Shown: positions 13,470 to 28,669, counted from the whole stretch's first letter. The stretch is DNA of 63,436 nucleotides, filler included, from Octopus bimaculoides (GCF_001194135.2; 7 parts of 7 records of this genome joined end to end with filler, not necessarily neighbours in it); one strand, 5' to 3'. The notes: generated by a model from the sequence alone, not told the origin. Program-made: numbers and translations.

Positions 13470-13775
13470 GCACAAACAACATATATATCTTTTCTACTCT
13501 AGGCAAAAGGCCCAAAATTTTTGAGGAGGGTCCAGTCGATTAGATCGACCCCAGTACATAACTGGTACTTAATTTATCGATCCCGAAAGAATGACAGGGA
13601 AAGTCAACTTCGGCGGAATTTGCCAAAATACATATATTCTTCTCTACTCTAGGCACAAGCCCGAAAGTTTGGGGGAGGAGGCTAGTCGATAAAATCGGCT
13701 CCAGTACGCATCTGGTACTTAATTTATCGACTACGAAAGGATGAAAGGCAATGTCAACCTCGGCGGAATTTGAAC
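13470..13775 (-). mobile_element. Two tandem 3' fragments of SINE family B
   Basis: Two copies of CTACTCTAGGCA(C)AAGG...CTGGTACTTAATTTATCGA...CGGCGGAATTTG. Confidence 0.8.
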
Positions 13776-15124
13776 AACATATATATATATATTGCGCTAT
13801 GTATACATTATCAGGGCATCATTTCAAAACATTTCAGCGTCTCACTTGTGATGAAGACTAATTTTGTATTTATACTTCCAATATATAATTTATAATTCAT
13901 ACAAAATTAAGAGCCACAAAAAAATTATTAGAGTTTTCTATAGAAAGTAATTTATAGCTGATTTACCGTAATTTGCAACAATTATTTGAGGAATGGCAGC
14001 GTATTCTTTAATGATTTATCAAGTCTTTTTTTCTGTATTACTTTCTTTCATGATCTAGAGCACTATTAATATATTTTTGACAAAACTCATTTACATACAT
14101 ACATACATACATATGAATCTGTCTGTCCATTTGTCTCGCTCTCTCTCTGTATATATATATATATATATATATNNNNNNNNNNNNNNNNNNNNNNNNNNNN
14201 NNNNNNNNNNNNNNNNNNNNNNNNNNNNNNNNNNNNNNNNNNNNNNNNNNNNNNNNNNNNNNNNNNNNNNNNNNNNNNNNNNNNNNNNNNNNNNNNNNNN
14301 NNNNNNNNNNNNNNNNNNNNNNNNNNNNNNNNNNNNNNNNNNNNNNNNNNNNNNNNNNNNNNNNNNNNNNNNNNNNNNNNNNNNNNNNNNNNNNNNNNNN
14401 NNNNNNNNNNNNNNNNNNNNNNNNNNNNNNNNNNNNNNNNNNNNNNNNNNNNNNNNNNNNNNNNNNNNNNNNNNNNNNNNNNNNNNNNNNNNNNNNNNNN
14501 NNNNNNNNNNNNNNNNNNNNNNNNNNNNNNNNNNNNNNNNNNNNNNNNNNNNNNNNNNNNNNNNNNNNNGAGAGAGAGAAAAAGAGAAGAGAGAGAGAAG
14601 GGGAAGAGGGAAGGAAAGAGAGAGAGAGGGTGAGAGGGGGAGAGGGTGAGAGGGAGAGAGGGTGAGAGGGAGAGACGGTGAGGGGGAGAGAGGGGGAGAG
14701 GGAGATAGTTTACATGTAACCGATATATATTGCCACATAAATCATAGCTTAGTAATAATATTGACTGTATTCCCTCATACAAATTTTATTTTACCTTTAA
14801 AATTTTGTGTCAGTGGCGTAAAAATTAATGACATTTTCATAATATATCACATATATATATAGAAAAATATTATATACATATATATATGTATTTATTTCGA
14901 CCATATATCTGTTTGTGATAGTTTTGCTTATTTCATTCAGTTTATTTTGATAGCTTCTAAAATGTTTTTTCTGCACACACTATACTCAAATTAGACAACT
15001 TCTATGTTTGTTCAACGTTTCTGGAAATAAATTCAAAGTCTCCCTTTCGCCAAAACTTTAGTAAAGTTTTAAAAGGAAGCATACGTTACATAATATATAT
15101 TAATAGATTACTTGTGCGTTAGTA

Positions 15125-15345
15125 CGGTGGTGATCTAAAGGAATCGTAAGCAAGTCTGACAAAATGTTTAGCGGCATTTTGTCCTCTTTTTACGTTCCGA
15201 GTGCAAATTCCGCCGAGGTCGACTTTGCTTTTCATCCTTTCGGGGTCGATAAAATAAGTACCAGTTGAATACTAGGGTCTATATAATCGAATGTCCTCTT
15301 CTCCTGAAATTGCTGGCCTTGTACCAAACTTTGAAACCAATATTT
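15125..15345 (+). mobile_element. SINE family B copy
   Basis: GAATCGTAAGCA...CAAATTCCGCCGAGGTCGACTTTGCTTTTCATCCTTTCGGGGTCGATAAAATAAGTACCAG. Confidence 0.8.
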
Positions 15346-16914
15346 TACTTGTGCATTAGAATGTAATTATAGTTAGAGGCTTTTTGCTAATCTCGTGGGT
15401 ATAAAGGGAGGTAATTACTTTCTCTTTATGCACAATGTCTTCGTTGAAAATAAACGCGTCAACTGGACTAGTTCCGAAAATGTATTGGGATTTCACGAGC
15501 AACCGAGTATTCTCTTTATGTCTCAACGATTGCTTAACTTAAATTTATATTTATATTGAGTATGGCATCGCTGATGAAATCATGCCTCAGGATTGAAACT
15601 GCTTCCTCTAATCCTAATTTATCTACTTACGAAATATTTTATTTAAGAACAAGGCGGTTTTTACATATATGTACACATACGATATTGGCTACTCGATCTT
15701 TACGTATATTTCGTAGTGTAACATGACATTATATAATGCAGCCATTGCCATACTTAAATAGATTGGATTGCCTTTTATCATAATTCTGTTCGATTTAGTG
15801 CTAACCTGTTGCTAGGGAACATGTTTTCTAGTTTCATTTTCAACGAGAATCTTCAGCCTTTTATTATTCTACAATTAACAATAATTGTATCGGCACCCAA
15901 CAGTAGTTTGTCTCTTGGGTATTTTCATCAATATCATAAGAAAGCAGAAGATAATTTTCTTATACGCCAAAGAAGGTAACTCAAACCAAATACAAGATTT
16001 TTGTTTGACGCACCGGGATTTGTTTTGCCATTTCTCACTCACTCACACATTCACAATCACTTCCACACCCAAGCACTTATAATATACAAATTATTTTTCC
16101 TTTTCTCTGAAGCTGCCAGATTTGACGTGAATATGAAGAGATTAGTGAATTGTTTCTCTCATATTGCACATTTTTAGAGATCTCTAGGAATATATTAGCA
16201 TCTCTTTTTGTAATGATATATTAACGTGTGGGTTGAGTGATAATAAACTGCTACGTTTAGCATGTCGGGTGACAACAAGGATCCCTCATTGCCTATTAGT
16301 ATATTCAAGGGATCTATAACGAATTTTTAAATTACTGATTATGCATGAAATATTTATTATCTAGGAATCGTTCATTATAAATAGGATCACGCTGATTATA
16401 AAACAAGCTGTTTGTTTGCATGTTGGAACAATTTGAAAATATAAAATCAGATACAGTCAAATGAATTGAATTGACATTTGATTAGCTGGATGATGTAATA
16501 AACGGTAAATTAATTACGATGTACAACACTTTCTGATATTACTGTGGGGAAAAGTCAACGAACTGCAGTGCAGATAAGAAAATGAGTTTGGGCTTCGATA
16601 ATAATAAAATTCAGCCTGTTCAAATACAACTCAAGTAATTGCACTTCAAAATCACTACACGCGTTAACAATTACACATATTAGCTCTAAATCTAAATAAA
16701 ACATACTTCAAATTATAATAAATGTCACACGTGTTAAAGACAGAAAATGAAACATGTTGCTTTACGTTCATCATTAGATATAGAGATTGTCGTTGTAATA
16801 ATTGATGTTCATCAGCGGTTAGCGTTGACGTACGCATAAATCCATTTCCTTCTTGAAATCTAATAAATGCGGCTACAGGTGATTATCCTTTAATTAATTG
16901 AGATATGAATTAAT

Positions 16915-17230
16915 AACAATACATACATACATACATACATACATACATACATACATACATAAATACATACATACATATATACATACATACATAGATAAAT
17001 ACATACACACATACATAGATAAATACATACATACATACATACATACATACATTAATACATACATGCATAGATAAATACATACATACATACACACATACAT
17101 ACATGCNNNNNNNNNNATATATATATATAAATACATAAATACACACATATATACATAGAAACATATATACATACATGCATATATATATAAATACATAAAT
17201 ACACACATATATACATACATACATACATAC

Positions 17231-17261
<31 letters not shown>

Positions 17262-17280
17262 CGTACGTACCTACATATAT
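16915..17280. repeat. (TACA)n-type microsatellite block
   Basis: Read directly; similar simple repeats at ~1110-1260, 20300-20400, 26040-26200, 47620-47757, 56420-56530 and 63110-63180. Confidence 0.95.
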
Positions 17281-17474
17281 ATGTACGGGTGTCTGTATGT
17301 GTGTCTGTGAGTACATTTAAATTCAGCCAAGTCAACAGTGTTTAAAGGAGAATAGAAGTTAAGAAACCCTTTCATTCCAGGAAGGAATTCGTTTCCTTTG
17401 TATTTGGTACCAATACAAATGAGGAATATAATTATATGGCAATACTTGATTTGACATATATATTTTCAAATTAA

Positions 17475-17589
17475 CAGGCTGTGCAGTTATGGAACTCGTT
17501 TTACAACAACGTGTATCCCGGTTCAGTCCCACAGCGCGGCACTTTAGAAATGTGTTTCTGTTGTGTCGAAACCCGTCGTGTATGTGTGC

Positions 17590-17679
<90 letters not shown>

Positions 17680-17940
17680 GTGTGTGTGTGTGTTTGTTTG
17701 TTTGTTTGCGCGTGTGTATATGTGTATGAGCGTGTGTGAGCGTATGAGTGTCTGCTTGTTCCTCCACCACTGCTTAACAACCGATTTTGGTTTGTTTACG
17801 TTCTCGAAACTTGGTGATTCAACGAAAGCGCCCGTACAAGAAGCACCAGAATTACGAAATAAATCCTGGACTGATTTGTTGGACTAGACCCTTTAACGCG
17901 ATCCCCTAGAATGACTGATGTCCAGTAACTGGACTAAGTA
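17475..17940 (+). mobile_element. Diverged SINE family A copy with an expanded (TG)n centre
   Basis: CCCGGTTCAGTCCCACAGCGCGGCAC head; TGCTTAACAACCGA...GTTTACG tail; (GT)n at 17590-17700. Confidence 0.65.
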
Positions 17941-18569
17941 AAAGTTTATAAAAAAGATAAATAATAAAAGAAAATTGTATTTGTATGCTGCTCGTCACGT
18001 CTAAACCCAACCCTGAAGTCTGTATGACCTCCCAAAATAGCAGTTGAATATACCTACAGTCTATAAAACGGTAGCTGTATTGGATAATGTATTTATAAAT
18101 ACAGAAAAAGCTGGAAAAGAGGAAAGCTGATTTCTACTGGAGAGTCTTTCTTCATTGGTTTAGTCTGCTCAGTCATCAATGACCTATGGCTAAATAACAA
18201 CGAATGCAAATTATTTCTTGTGTTTGAATCAATAATATCTAAAAGAGAAATTAATATTTATGATTGCTCAATTTTGCAGATCCTGACCTATTTAAATAAC
18301 CATTTAGCTATGCAGTAAAGTTATTTGAAATTAAACCTCAACTTGCACATAACGCGAAACAATTTAATTATCACTTTTCCCATCTATTTGGCATTCAGCT
18401 GTGGTATCTACGCAAATTTGCTAAACCCGTGTATATGAAGCCAGTAACGTAACTCATAAAATTTTCATGTGTAAAAGATTTGACATGTAATTAGTTAGTA
18501 TTAAACTATTTCTAGTTTTAGCTGAGTCTGTCTAACCATTAGGGCTCAACAATTTCACAGATATAAAGA

Positions 18570-18730
18570 GGTATGGCTGCGTGGTAAGAAATTTGCTTCC
18601 CAATCATATGGGCCCGGGTTCAGTCTCGTTGCATGGCACCTTGGGCGAGTGTTTTCTACTGCAGCCTCGAACCATTTAAAGCCTTCTGAGTGGATTTCGT
18701 AGATAAAAACTGAAAGAAACCCGTCGTATA
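18570..18730 (+). mobile_element. SINE family A, 5' part
   Basis: GGTATGGCTGCGTGGTAAGAAATTTGCTTCCCAATC...GGCACCTTGGGCGAGTG...AACTGAAAGAAACCCGTCG. Confidence 0.8.
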
Positions 18731-18974
18731 TATATATACAATTTCAGCGTAGAAGGTGTTTGTAAGCCATTTAAGAACGCACAAATACCATTAATTTTAC
18801 TTTAACATTTAAATTTCATTTGTGTCAAAATATTTTCCTCACTTTCGAACCGTGACCTGTCAACTGACGAAACATCGTTCTGAATCTGAGAAAGTAACAG
18901 TTAGTTCATTAAATATATGTGTTTATGTATGTATGTATGTATGTGAGTATGCCAGCACATCTCCGTAATATAAG

Positions 18975-19200
18975 TGTGTGTGTGTGTGTGTGTGTGCATG
19001 GTTTGTGTCTTGTTTGTTCCCCACCATCACCGCTTGACAACCGGTGCATATGTGTTTACATCCCCGTAAATTAGCGGTCTGGCAAATGAAACTAATAGAG
19101 CAAGTACCAGGCTTTTAAAAAATAAGTACTGTGTCGATTCGTTCATGCTCCAGCATGGCCACAGTGAAATGAGTGAAACAAGTGAAAGTTAAAAAGGTCA
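18975..19200 (+). mobile_element. SINE family A, 3' part
   Basis: CGCTTGACAACCGGTG...CCCCGTAAATTAGCGG...TGCTCCAGCATGGCCACAGT. Confidence 0.75.
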
Positions 19201-19470
19201 AAGTTAAGTATATCAGCACCGTATGCGTTTAAGTTGGTAGATACAATATTTAGAGCTGTAGCTAAACACGCAGTGATACTTAATAACGGCTCTGTACAAT
19301 ATTAGCTAAAATACCGTCTTAGGCGACATGACATTTAATTCCCTAAGAACCAAGATATAATATTCTAGCCGAGTAGTGGATTTTTGTTATCAAAGAAGTC
19401 CTCTTCGTTACTGGAAACAGTTGTGGCTAAAAGCACTAAATTTTGGCTTTTCATCCCATAAGGGTGGAAA

Positions 19471-19830
19471 TACGAGGGATTGCTGAAAAGTTCCTGGATT
19501 TGGGTAAAAGAAAATACAGGTGGATCACTTTTATTCAACATATTCCCCACTCAGATTCACAGAACTATTACAGCAGTCCTTCAGTTTTACTAAGCCTTGT
19601 AAAAGAAATTGAAAGTTTTGACTTGAATCAGGTCTTTCACGATATCCTTGAAGCTAGGAACTTTTCACCCCCCACTCGCAAAATCGTCCAATCAATTACT
19701 GGGTCAATATATAAACGAATAATCTCTCTTCCCCACCTTACGTCAAAAAATGACTGGAAATTGCTGAGAGAGAAAAGTCGCCATTTTGAGACTATTACGC
19801 ACACATCCATTTTAATTGAAGTAGTTCGAT
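19471..19830 (-). mobile_element. Mariner 3'-end relic with one TIR
   Basis: TA+CGAGGG..GAAAAGTTCCTGG terminus; minus-strand translation resembles a mariner C-terminus (…GEKF….SK.EGLL..W..C….G.YVE). Confidence 0.6.
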
Positions 19831-20299
19831 TCAGATTTATTCAGTTCTATATACATTTTATTTTAATAGATTTCACTCTCTGTCATTTATTTATATGCTA
19901 ATTTTTATTTTTATTTCGTTACAAGTTGAAACTAAATATAGTTTGATCTCTATCGATATAAGTGATATAATAGCTAGCAAAATGGGAAAAAGCTATTTCA
20001 TATTTGCCCATTATAGTTTTATATATATTATATGAAAGTTTCGAGGTTTTCCAAGAACTTACACCGCTTGAATAAAAATATCAATAAATACCTTTATTTT
20101 TTTTCTTTCATTTTGTAAATATATTTTACAGAGACGTTATCGCATACACATATATTATATATCTGCAGTCGATTGTACAAATGTAAATTACGTACACATC
20201 CAACCATTTATGCCAAATGTTAATATGTCTGTTTATGAGTGTGTGTGTGTGTGTGTGCATGCATATGTAAATATGTATATACATATTCATACATGCATA

Positions 20300-20399
<100 letters not shown>

Positions 20400-21261
20400 C
20401 ATGTATGCATATGTATATATATATTATGTGCTTGTATGTGTATGTGTGTGACTGTATTAATGCACGCTCACACATACATCTACTCAGTGACACACATACA
20501 TTTCCCGAAAAAATAAACACTACACAATTGCAGCCATGAAAAATGTAGATAATACGGCTTCTGAAACTATTAAATCTAAACATTCCTTACTAGATAAATG
20601 CTAAGACTAAAAGAGACCATTTTATATGGACAATCTATAGTTTATACATATTTATAAAAACAAACAACAACACAAACTCTGCCGTTTATATCAAAGTATT
20701 ATCGTAGAATCAGAAATAATAAATAAAAAATAGACTCACAAAGATATTTCATCAGACCAAATTTTCGTCATACATAAAGGCGGCAGTTATACTTAGCATA
20801 AATATATTATTGTATCCGGTAAATAAATGCATANNNNNNNNNNNNNNNNNNNNNNNNNNNNNNNNNNNNNNNNNNNNNNNNNNNNNNNNNNNNNNNNNNN
20901 NNNNNNNNNNNNNNNNNNNNNNNNNNNNNNNNNNNNNNNNNNNNNNNNNNNNNNNNNNNNNNNNNNNNNNNNNNNNNNNNNNNNNNNNNNNNNNNNNNNN
21001 NNNNNNNNNNNNNNNNNNNNNNNNNNNNNNNNNNNNNNNNNNNNNNNNNNNNNNNNNNNNNNNNNNNNNNNNNNNNNNNNNNNNNNNNNNNNNNNNNNNN
21101 NNNNNNNNNNNNNNNNNNNNNNNNNNNNNNNNNNNNNNNNNNNNNNNNNNNNNNNNNNNNNNNNNNNNNNNNNNNNNNNNNNNNNNNNNNNNNNNNNNNN
21201 NNNNNNNNNNNNNNNNNNNNNNNNNNNNNNNNNATATATATTACACACACACCACACATGC

Positions 21262-21292
<31 letters not shown>

Positions 21293-22466
21293 TAAATTGT
21301 GCATGTGTGCTTATGCATGTATGTGTGGATATATGCAAAACATTAGTACGTGTTGGTCTGTAGATTACAGTTTCTGTCGTGTCACAGTTTCATGCAAAAT
21401 GTCAAGGAATTTAGTTATAGAGATGCTGAAGAGATATTCAAAGTAGGTGATGATGCAAAATATAGGATAACGGCAGGTCATAACACGTATTGCGTCATGA
21501 TTGCTATTTATTCTCCCATCCGAAAAGATGTAGCAAATATTTCATCCTGTGTCTACACGTTGACATTAAATCTGTTTGTAGAACACATTAATACTTTACG
21601 CTCTAGCTAGATCCTGAGATATCTTTAAATAGTGTATCTATACATACATAATGGCTGCAAACTCGAGTATTGCCAATGACTAATCAGAAGTCGCACTCAT
21701 GCGAAGGCTACGACGAGCCATTTTTGTGATAGTTGTTACTTTTTATTCAAGCGATGCTCTTACATTATGATTTCTTATAGAGGGTAATGGATTTGCATAA
21801 ATCCAATTCCACTCTGAAGATGGACAAGATGAACTCGAAAATAGGGCTAGTCTACATCATTGAATATTGTCAGGGTCGTAGGTTTACTCTTGGAGTTCCC
21901 CTCTCCTAGAAAGAGATAGTGTGACAACAGAAGGGCTTTCCACTCCCAGTGGGCGAACCGCGCGCCTGGACACCAACCCAGGTATTTCCACGTCCCTTGC
22001 CATATATACATGCATACATGCACATGTATATATATTGTTGGATGGCCGTTGACTGCTCATGTGCTCTTCTGCCCTTTGATAGGTTTGATTTTTCGTCCTA
22101 CCGTCTCCAACAATCACCTTCCTCAGAAAGGAACCTAACATACATACATGCATACGTACAGACTGAGAGACATACACAAAAGGTAATGAACCGCTTCGGT
22201 AATGAAGGACTATGGGATTGCACCTAGAACTTTCCCCACCAAAGTAGAAGTCTGAGCAAGGTTGTCCAGCCTCTCTTCTCCAGCCTCCCATACCAGACAA
22301 CTGCTGAAGAGGTCCCGCGCAGAGGAACTGAATCCGAAAGCACATGATTATCAAGTAAACTTCATGACGACTCACCTATATTAGCGCCTATATATAAGTT
22401 TATACCAAGAACCCGAGATTGCTATAATAATATTAAGAATATAAGATTTATTCATTAGATATATAT

Positions 22467-22765
22467 GTGGAGGCACATGGTCTAGTGGTTAGAGCAGCGG
22501 ACTCACGGTCGAGGGATCGTGGGTTCGAATTTCAGACTGAGCGATGTGTGTGTTTATGAGTGAAATACCTAAGCTTTACGCAGCTCTAGCAAAAGGTAAT
22601 GGCTAACTTCTGCTGACTCTTTCATCACAACTTTCTCTCCCTCTTTCCTCCTGCATCTAGTAGCTCACCTGCGACGGAGTGTCGTCCCGTCCCGGTGGGA
22701 GAACCTACACGCCAATCAAACCGGGAAACCGGCCCTTATGAGGCAGGCATGGCTCCAGAAGGAGG
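22467..22765 (+). mobile_element. tRNA-derived SINE family C
   Basis: A box TGGTCTAGTGG and B box GGTTCGAATT, followed by a body shared with 37678-38063. Confidence 0.8.
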
Positions 22766-24551
22766 AATCAACATTGGGTATATAATAGTTAACTGGTAAT
22801 AGGAACTTAAGACTTCAAAATAAGTAAATGCCTTATTACTAAATATAAATTTATGACAAAAGCCATAGAGGAATAATACTGTAACGATTATAAAGGAAAA
22901 CCTTGGTTCCATGATACATAAGAAGCGAGTTGAAATTAGTGTGTTATCAACATTTGATATTTCTAAGATAAATACTTGGTTTTCGTACGCCATCGCACTT
23001 GTAACCACTCTGTATCGATATTTTGTATGTTGCAGCATGCACATTATCATATATAAAGTAATGGAGATATTTCCCAATACGAGAGTGTTCTAATTAGCAT
23101 TTGGATAAAGATGAATCTGAAGAACGTGTTGGCAAATTGTTACGCTACATTTAATCAAAAGAATATCAGTGGTGCAGATGCAAAGCACAGGGTTAAATCG
23201 ATTAAGCAAACATTCAACCCTGCCAAGAAGAATGAAGGACAAAAGAGGGGAAAAAAACATGGATAAAAGTTACTTGAACTGTATCAGAAAACCATACCTT
23301 CAAAACTATAATTGTAGATTAATGATACAGATTTTGAAGAGGAATAACGAACACGGAATCTATAAAATATAATAAATCTCAATAAGTGTCCGGAAACTGT
23401 TTGTATATGCTAATGCATTGCATTTCAAATTTAATCATCAAACAAATGGGAGCTGGCCGTATAAAAATTAAATCGGGTTTCACAGGAAGGTAACAAAATG
23501 TTCCTGTCTTTTGTTCAGCTTTAAGTTCAGCTCTGATGAAAAGCAATCTAACCGTAACTATTCTGCATTTNNNNNNNNNNNNNNNNNNNNNNNNNNNNNN
23601 NNNNNNNNNNNNNNNNNNNNNNNNNNNNNNNNNNNNNNNNNNNNNNNNNNNNNNNNNNNNNNNNNNNNNNNNNNNNNNNNNNNNNNNNNNNNNNNNNNNN
23701 NNNNNNNNNNNNNNNNNNNNNNNNNNNNNNNNNNNNNNNNNNNNNNNNNNNNNNNNNNNNNNNNNNNNNNNNNNNNNNNNNNNNNNNNNNNNNNNNNNNN
23801 NNNNNNNNNNNNNNNNNTATATATACAATGATGTATTACGCAATATACCTTTCCTATTATAATGATAATAAAGTTTGATATAGGGGTGTAACTATTTTTA
23901 GCAAGACACCCGAACATGTACAACGGTCTCATTAGTTGAAGTTTAGCAAATATTGAAATGAGTTATACAGAATTTTTTTTCATACCGGATTTCAATTCAG
24001 AAATGGTAAATAAAATCAAAAACATTTGGGGTGGGGATGGGGTTGTCGTTAAAAGATGAACAAGACAATGGTTTTAGCCTTCCCTTTGCGAATGAAAAGT
24101 TATGCCTGAATTTTAATTTATTTCTTCCTCTCTTGCCAAATAATCCGCCTGATTTGTGTTTATTGAATTTCATTTTGTTGATACTGACAACTACAAACCT
24201 TAACAAATTGTGGTGTCTATGTTAATTATTTCTTTGTATACAATTTCCTGAGAATTTCCATAAAAGGCAAGGATAAAAAGACATTTGTGGATATATCCAC
24301 ATTTATTACTTGAATAAATAATTTATGTATAATTTATTGCATTAAAACATTTCACTTGCTCACTAATATTATAAATATCAGTAATTACTCAGTCTGCGGA
24401 ATCTGGGTTATCCATAAACTGAAAGTGGCTGACATATTGAAATCAAGAAAAGTCTACCTGAGATGAGCTGGACTTGCATCGCTCACCACATATTGCATCA
24501 ATATGTCCAATACGAATTATCAAAGATATTTGTGCGTCAATTTGAAAAAAA

Positions 24552-24705
24552 GGCGGCCAGCCGACAGAAACGTTGTTAGCACGCCGGGTGAGATGTTTAG
24601 CGGTATTTCATGTCTTTGTGTTCTGAGTTCAAATTCCGTCGAGGTCAACTTTACTTTTCATCTTTTCGGGGTCGATAAATTAAGTACCAGTTGCGTACTA
24701 GAGTC
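24552..24705 (+). mobile_element. SINE family B copy
   Basis: AAGGCGGCCAGCCGACAGAAACGTTGTTAGCACGCCGGG...TTCAAATTCCGTCGAGGTCAAC. Confidence 0.8.
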
Positions 24706-25876
24706 GCAGTTGCGTATTCTCGGTTTTACACCGCTCAAGATTCCCTTACACTCTCTGCGTATGTCCATTTGTATTGTAGCACAGTCCATTAAGTATGTTC
24801 TACTTCCACTCAACAATATATAAAAATAAATGATTAACATTTACGGTATACAAATTAGTAGCTCCAGTTTTTTCTAGCTACTGTTATTATTTCACAGCCA
24901 TCTGGGTGCGAAGCTCTCCTCACGAACGAGCGTTCGTGAAATGCTTGTGATCTATAAAAGTTTTGAGTAGGAGCCGGAAAGAGAAGAGTGAACATGCAAT
25001 GCGCATGTACACATTGAATTTTTAAAATGGAAGAGAAGAATAAAAACGCAATGTGTATGTCAAAATAAAATGGAAAAAGAAGCATAAACAAGTTGTAAGA
25101 TGGTTAATTTGCTACAGTTAATACTACTATCACGTAACTTTGCTGCAATTTTCTTCTTGAGTATACACACAGTTTGGCTGTTTGTTTCTTTGGGATTTAT
25201 CAAATTGATGTGGACACTTCTTATAAGAATCCAATAAGATTCAAAATAACCGATTAAGGTTGTTCAACAGTTTTTCAATCTACCAAGAAGCAATTTAATC
25301 AGACACTCTTTATAAACGTTGCACATATAATCTGAAGTCAAAGCTCCTACATGGCCTTAATAATGATGGTTAAATATATTTTGGAATTCTATTTTAGGTG
25401 TTAGGGAAAATGTGCGGTGATGATAACTCCTATGAAAATGTAAATGATGACAAGACTATATTTTATTGTGTGAGCGACAATCACCTGAGTAATCCACGTT
25501 GCACATTGATGGAAGGAGACACATCAACGGAGTGGTATATATAATTAACAATTCACGCAGATTTAAATGTGTAAAAGGTATAATAAAATTAACACCCAAA
25601 GAATAATACTAATTAACACACACACATACAAAAAAGAAAAAAATGGGGAAATTCTGCCTTGCGCATCATCATTAAGTACCTTTCATCTAACAAGAATATT
25701 TACAGATGAAGAAATCTTTCGAGAAAAATCAGGAGAAAATAATAAATGTTAAACGACCACCTACTGAGGTCGAGAATATGACGAAAACTATGCAATGCCT
25801 TAAACACTTGCACTTACATACTATGTAAAATCTGTCCCGATTATGTGTGTTTGTATGTGTATGTGTGTGCTTGTAT

Positions 25877-25908
<32 letters not shown>

Positions 25909-26068
25909 ACGTGTGCGTGTGCGTGTGTGTGTGTGTATGTTTGATACTTTATTTTTATTTCTACTTATTCTCATTTACATTCTCTTACAGAATAACGATT
26001 TTTTTCTACAAATCAAGTTTTCTCTCGCTCTCTATTGCAATCTCTGTCTCTCTCTCTCTCTGTCTCTG

Positions 26069-26109
<41 letters not shown>

Positions 26110-28669
26110 CTATCTATCAATCTAGCTGTCTGTCTATCTGTCTATCAATCTATATGTGTGTGTGTGTGTAAATATGTATATATATATATATATATANNNN
26201 NNNNNNNNNNNNNNNNNNNNNNNNNNNNNNNNNNNNNNNNNNNNNNNNNNNNNNNNNNNNNNNNNNNNNNNNNNNNNNNNNNNNNNNNNNNNNNNNNNNN
26301 NNNNNNNNNNNNNNNNNNNNNNNNNNNNNNNNNNNNNNNNNNNNNNNNNNNNNNNNNNNNNNNNNNNNNNNNNNNNNNNNNNNNNNNNNNNNNNNNNNNN
26401 NNNNNNNNNNNNNNNNNNNNNNNNNNNNNNNNNNNNNNNNNNNNNNNNNNNNNNNNNNNNNNNNNNNNNNNNNNNNNNNNNNNNNNNNNNNNNNNNNNNN
26501 NNNNNNNNNNNNNNNNNNNNNNNNNNNNNNNNNNNNNNNNNNNNNNNNNNNNNNNNNNNNNNNNNNNNNATATATATATATATATATATATATATACATG
26601 CACACACATACATGCACACACACACACACATATATATATACACACATTTATGAACAAGTGCGAGCGCATCCTTGCGTGTATGCAATCAAACCTGCATGTA
26701 TGTGTACGTGCATCCGGTGTGTACGAGCGAGTGAGTGCATAATTTACATGCCAGATACAATTTGAAACAAAAAATATCAATATCGAAATCGATATCAGTT
26801 TTGTTCCACCCCTTGCATTTCCACAGTTCGATATATAAGCGCTGTTCAGTCTATTCCAGGTGAGCTAAATACTTGTAAAAAATACCTCCTCATCACTTTT
26901 TGCATCTACGTAGGAGAATATGCATGCAAAATAAGATGGAGGAAATAGTCGCATGAATGCCGGAGGTAGAGCAAAATAACGTTTCAGTGAAGCTGAAAGA
27001 CCTTATGAACTATTATTCAGAGTTTCATGTAACAGATAATCGGACGAAAGTAGATTAGCAATAGCTTATAAATGATTGTAAATGAAGTGCTTACTTTCAG
27101 AACCAGATGTATGCATCTGAATGACTTTTGAGTAATTGTTTAAAACAACAAAACTTGAATATATCTGATTTTGATTGGAAGACTAAGATTCGCCAACTGG
27201 GTGTCTATATATGGCATCTATTCCAGTTTGGCATCTATTCTCGTTTGACATCTATTCTCGTTTGACTGAAAAAATTCTTACGTGTGTGAAGCCAGCAGCT
27301 TGCATATTGTGTTTTGATGGTTATCATGGAATCGACCAAATATGCACTTATGCCGGTTTTGAAAGTAAGCTCCTCAAATTGTGTAGCAATAATTATGTTT
27401 TGTAAAGGCGTGTGGCAGGATTGTTAGGGTGTCGCGAATTGCATTTACAATCACCTTATCCGCTCGGCTATGAATGAGTAACCCTGCGACGGACAGGATT
27501 GCTCATTTATGTTCAAAGATAGTGTTGCGATCTGGGTCACTGAGATGACATGAAAACGGAACAACCCAACTATTTGTCCTAGGACCTGAGACAGCAATTT
27601 CGAGGGGTTTGTGTTAACAAAATAATCATTCAGTAAATAATTAAAAGCATATTTAACGCTGTTTGCTAATTCATAATTAATGGAATCTTTTTAAAAATGC
27701 GATTGACCGTCGAGAAAAGACAATATAAACATTAAGAAGTTGAATAAACCCAACTAACATTCTATTGTACAGAATCATTGTTATAATGGTTGCAGGAAAG
27801 GAAAAAAATTCATTCTAAAATACACACGCACAGACTTCTATATACATATGTACATACACACGCGCAGTCCACCTAGTGGTCTTCTTCATATATCCTTATA
27901 TATACATATACAATAATCCCTCGAGATCTCAGATATTTTCTCCGAATCTCTCTGATACTTTTAAAGTGCTTACTTCATAGTAATAAATGGATATTAATTA
28001 ATATCCAATTTTTACCCTAATATTTTAATTTAATTTTATATTATGTATTATACAGATAGATCGATAGAGATAGAGATATACATTTTTATGTATATATATA
28101 TATATATATATNNNNNNNNNNNNNNNNNNNNNNNNNNNNNNNNNNNNNNNNNNNNTTAATTAATTAANNNNNNNNNNNNNNNNNNNNNNNNNNNNNNNNN
28201 NNNNNNNNNNNGAACTCATCGATGAAAATCCACTATCACATATAGAAAAATTAATAATTAAAAGCACAATAAATGAGTATAATATAAAACAAAGTAAATA
28301 TCATAAGATAAAGATAGTAAAATGACTACACGTGTTTCATAACTAATTTTCAAATAGAAAGGAAATTTAAATCGATTAAAATCAATTAAAATTATCGAAA
28401 ATAAATTCTATTCAAAAATACAGCTAATCGTCAGGTCGTAAATAGAACAATAATCATAATAAATAAATATATATATCAACCAACAATAAGTACCAAATGA
28501 ATTTATATAAAATACTTATTTTATAAAGATAGAAATATTATTAAAAATATCAAAATATCAAAATAATAAACATTATAATAAAAAATATTATTAATATTTG
28601 ATTAATAATTAGTCTTTATTGTTTTTTTTATTGTCTTTTTTTTAAAACTTAAGCCCCAAATTTTGTTCC

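Noticed and set aside
22467-22545. tRNA genes (also 37678, 55095, 55800)
   Set aside because: A and B boxes are present, but I could not form a full cloverleaf and the heads continue into shared SINE bodies.
26827-26859. 33-nt micro-exon with good splice sites as an upstream LOX exon
   Set aside because: Neither open frame resembles the expected LOX segment; cannot be supported without RNA data.
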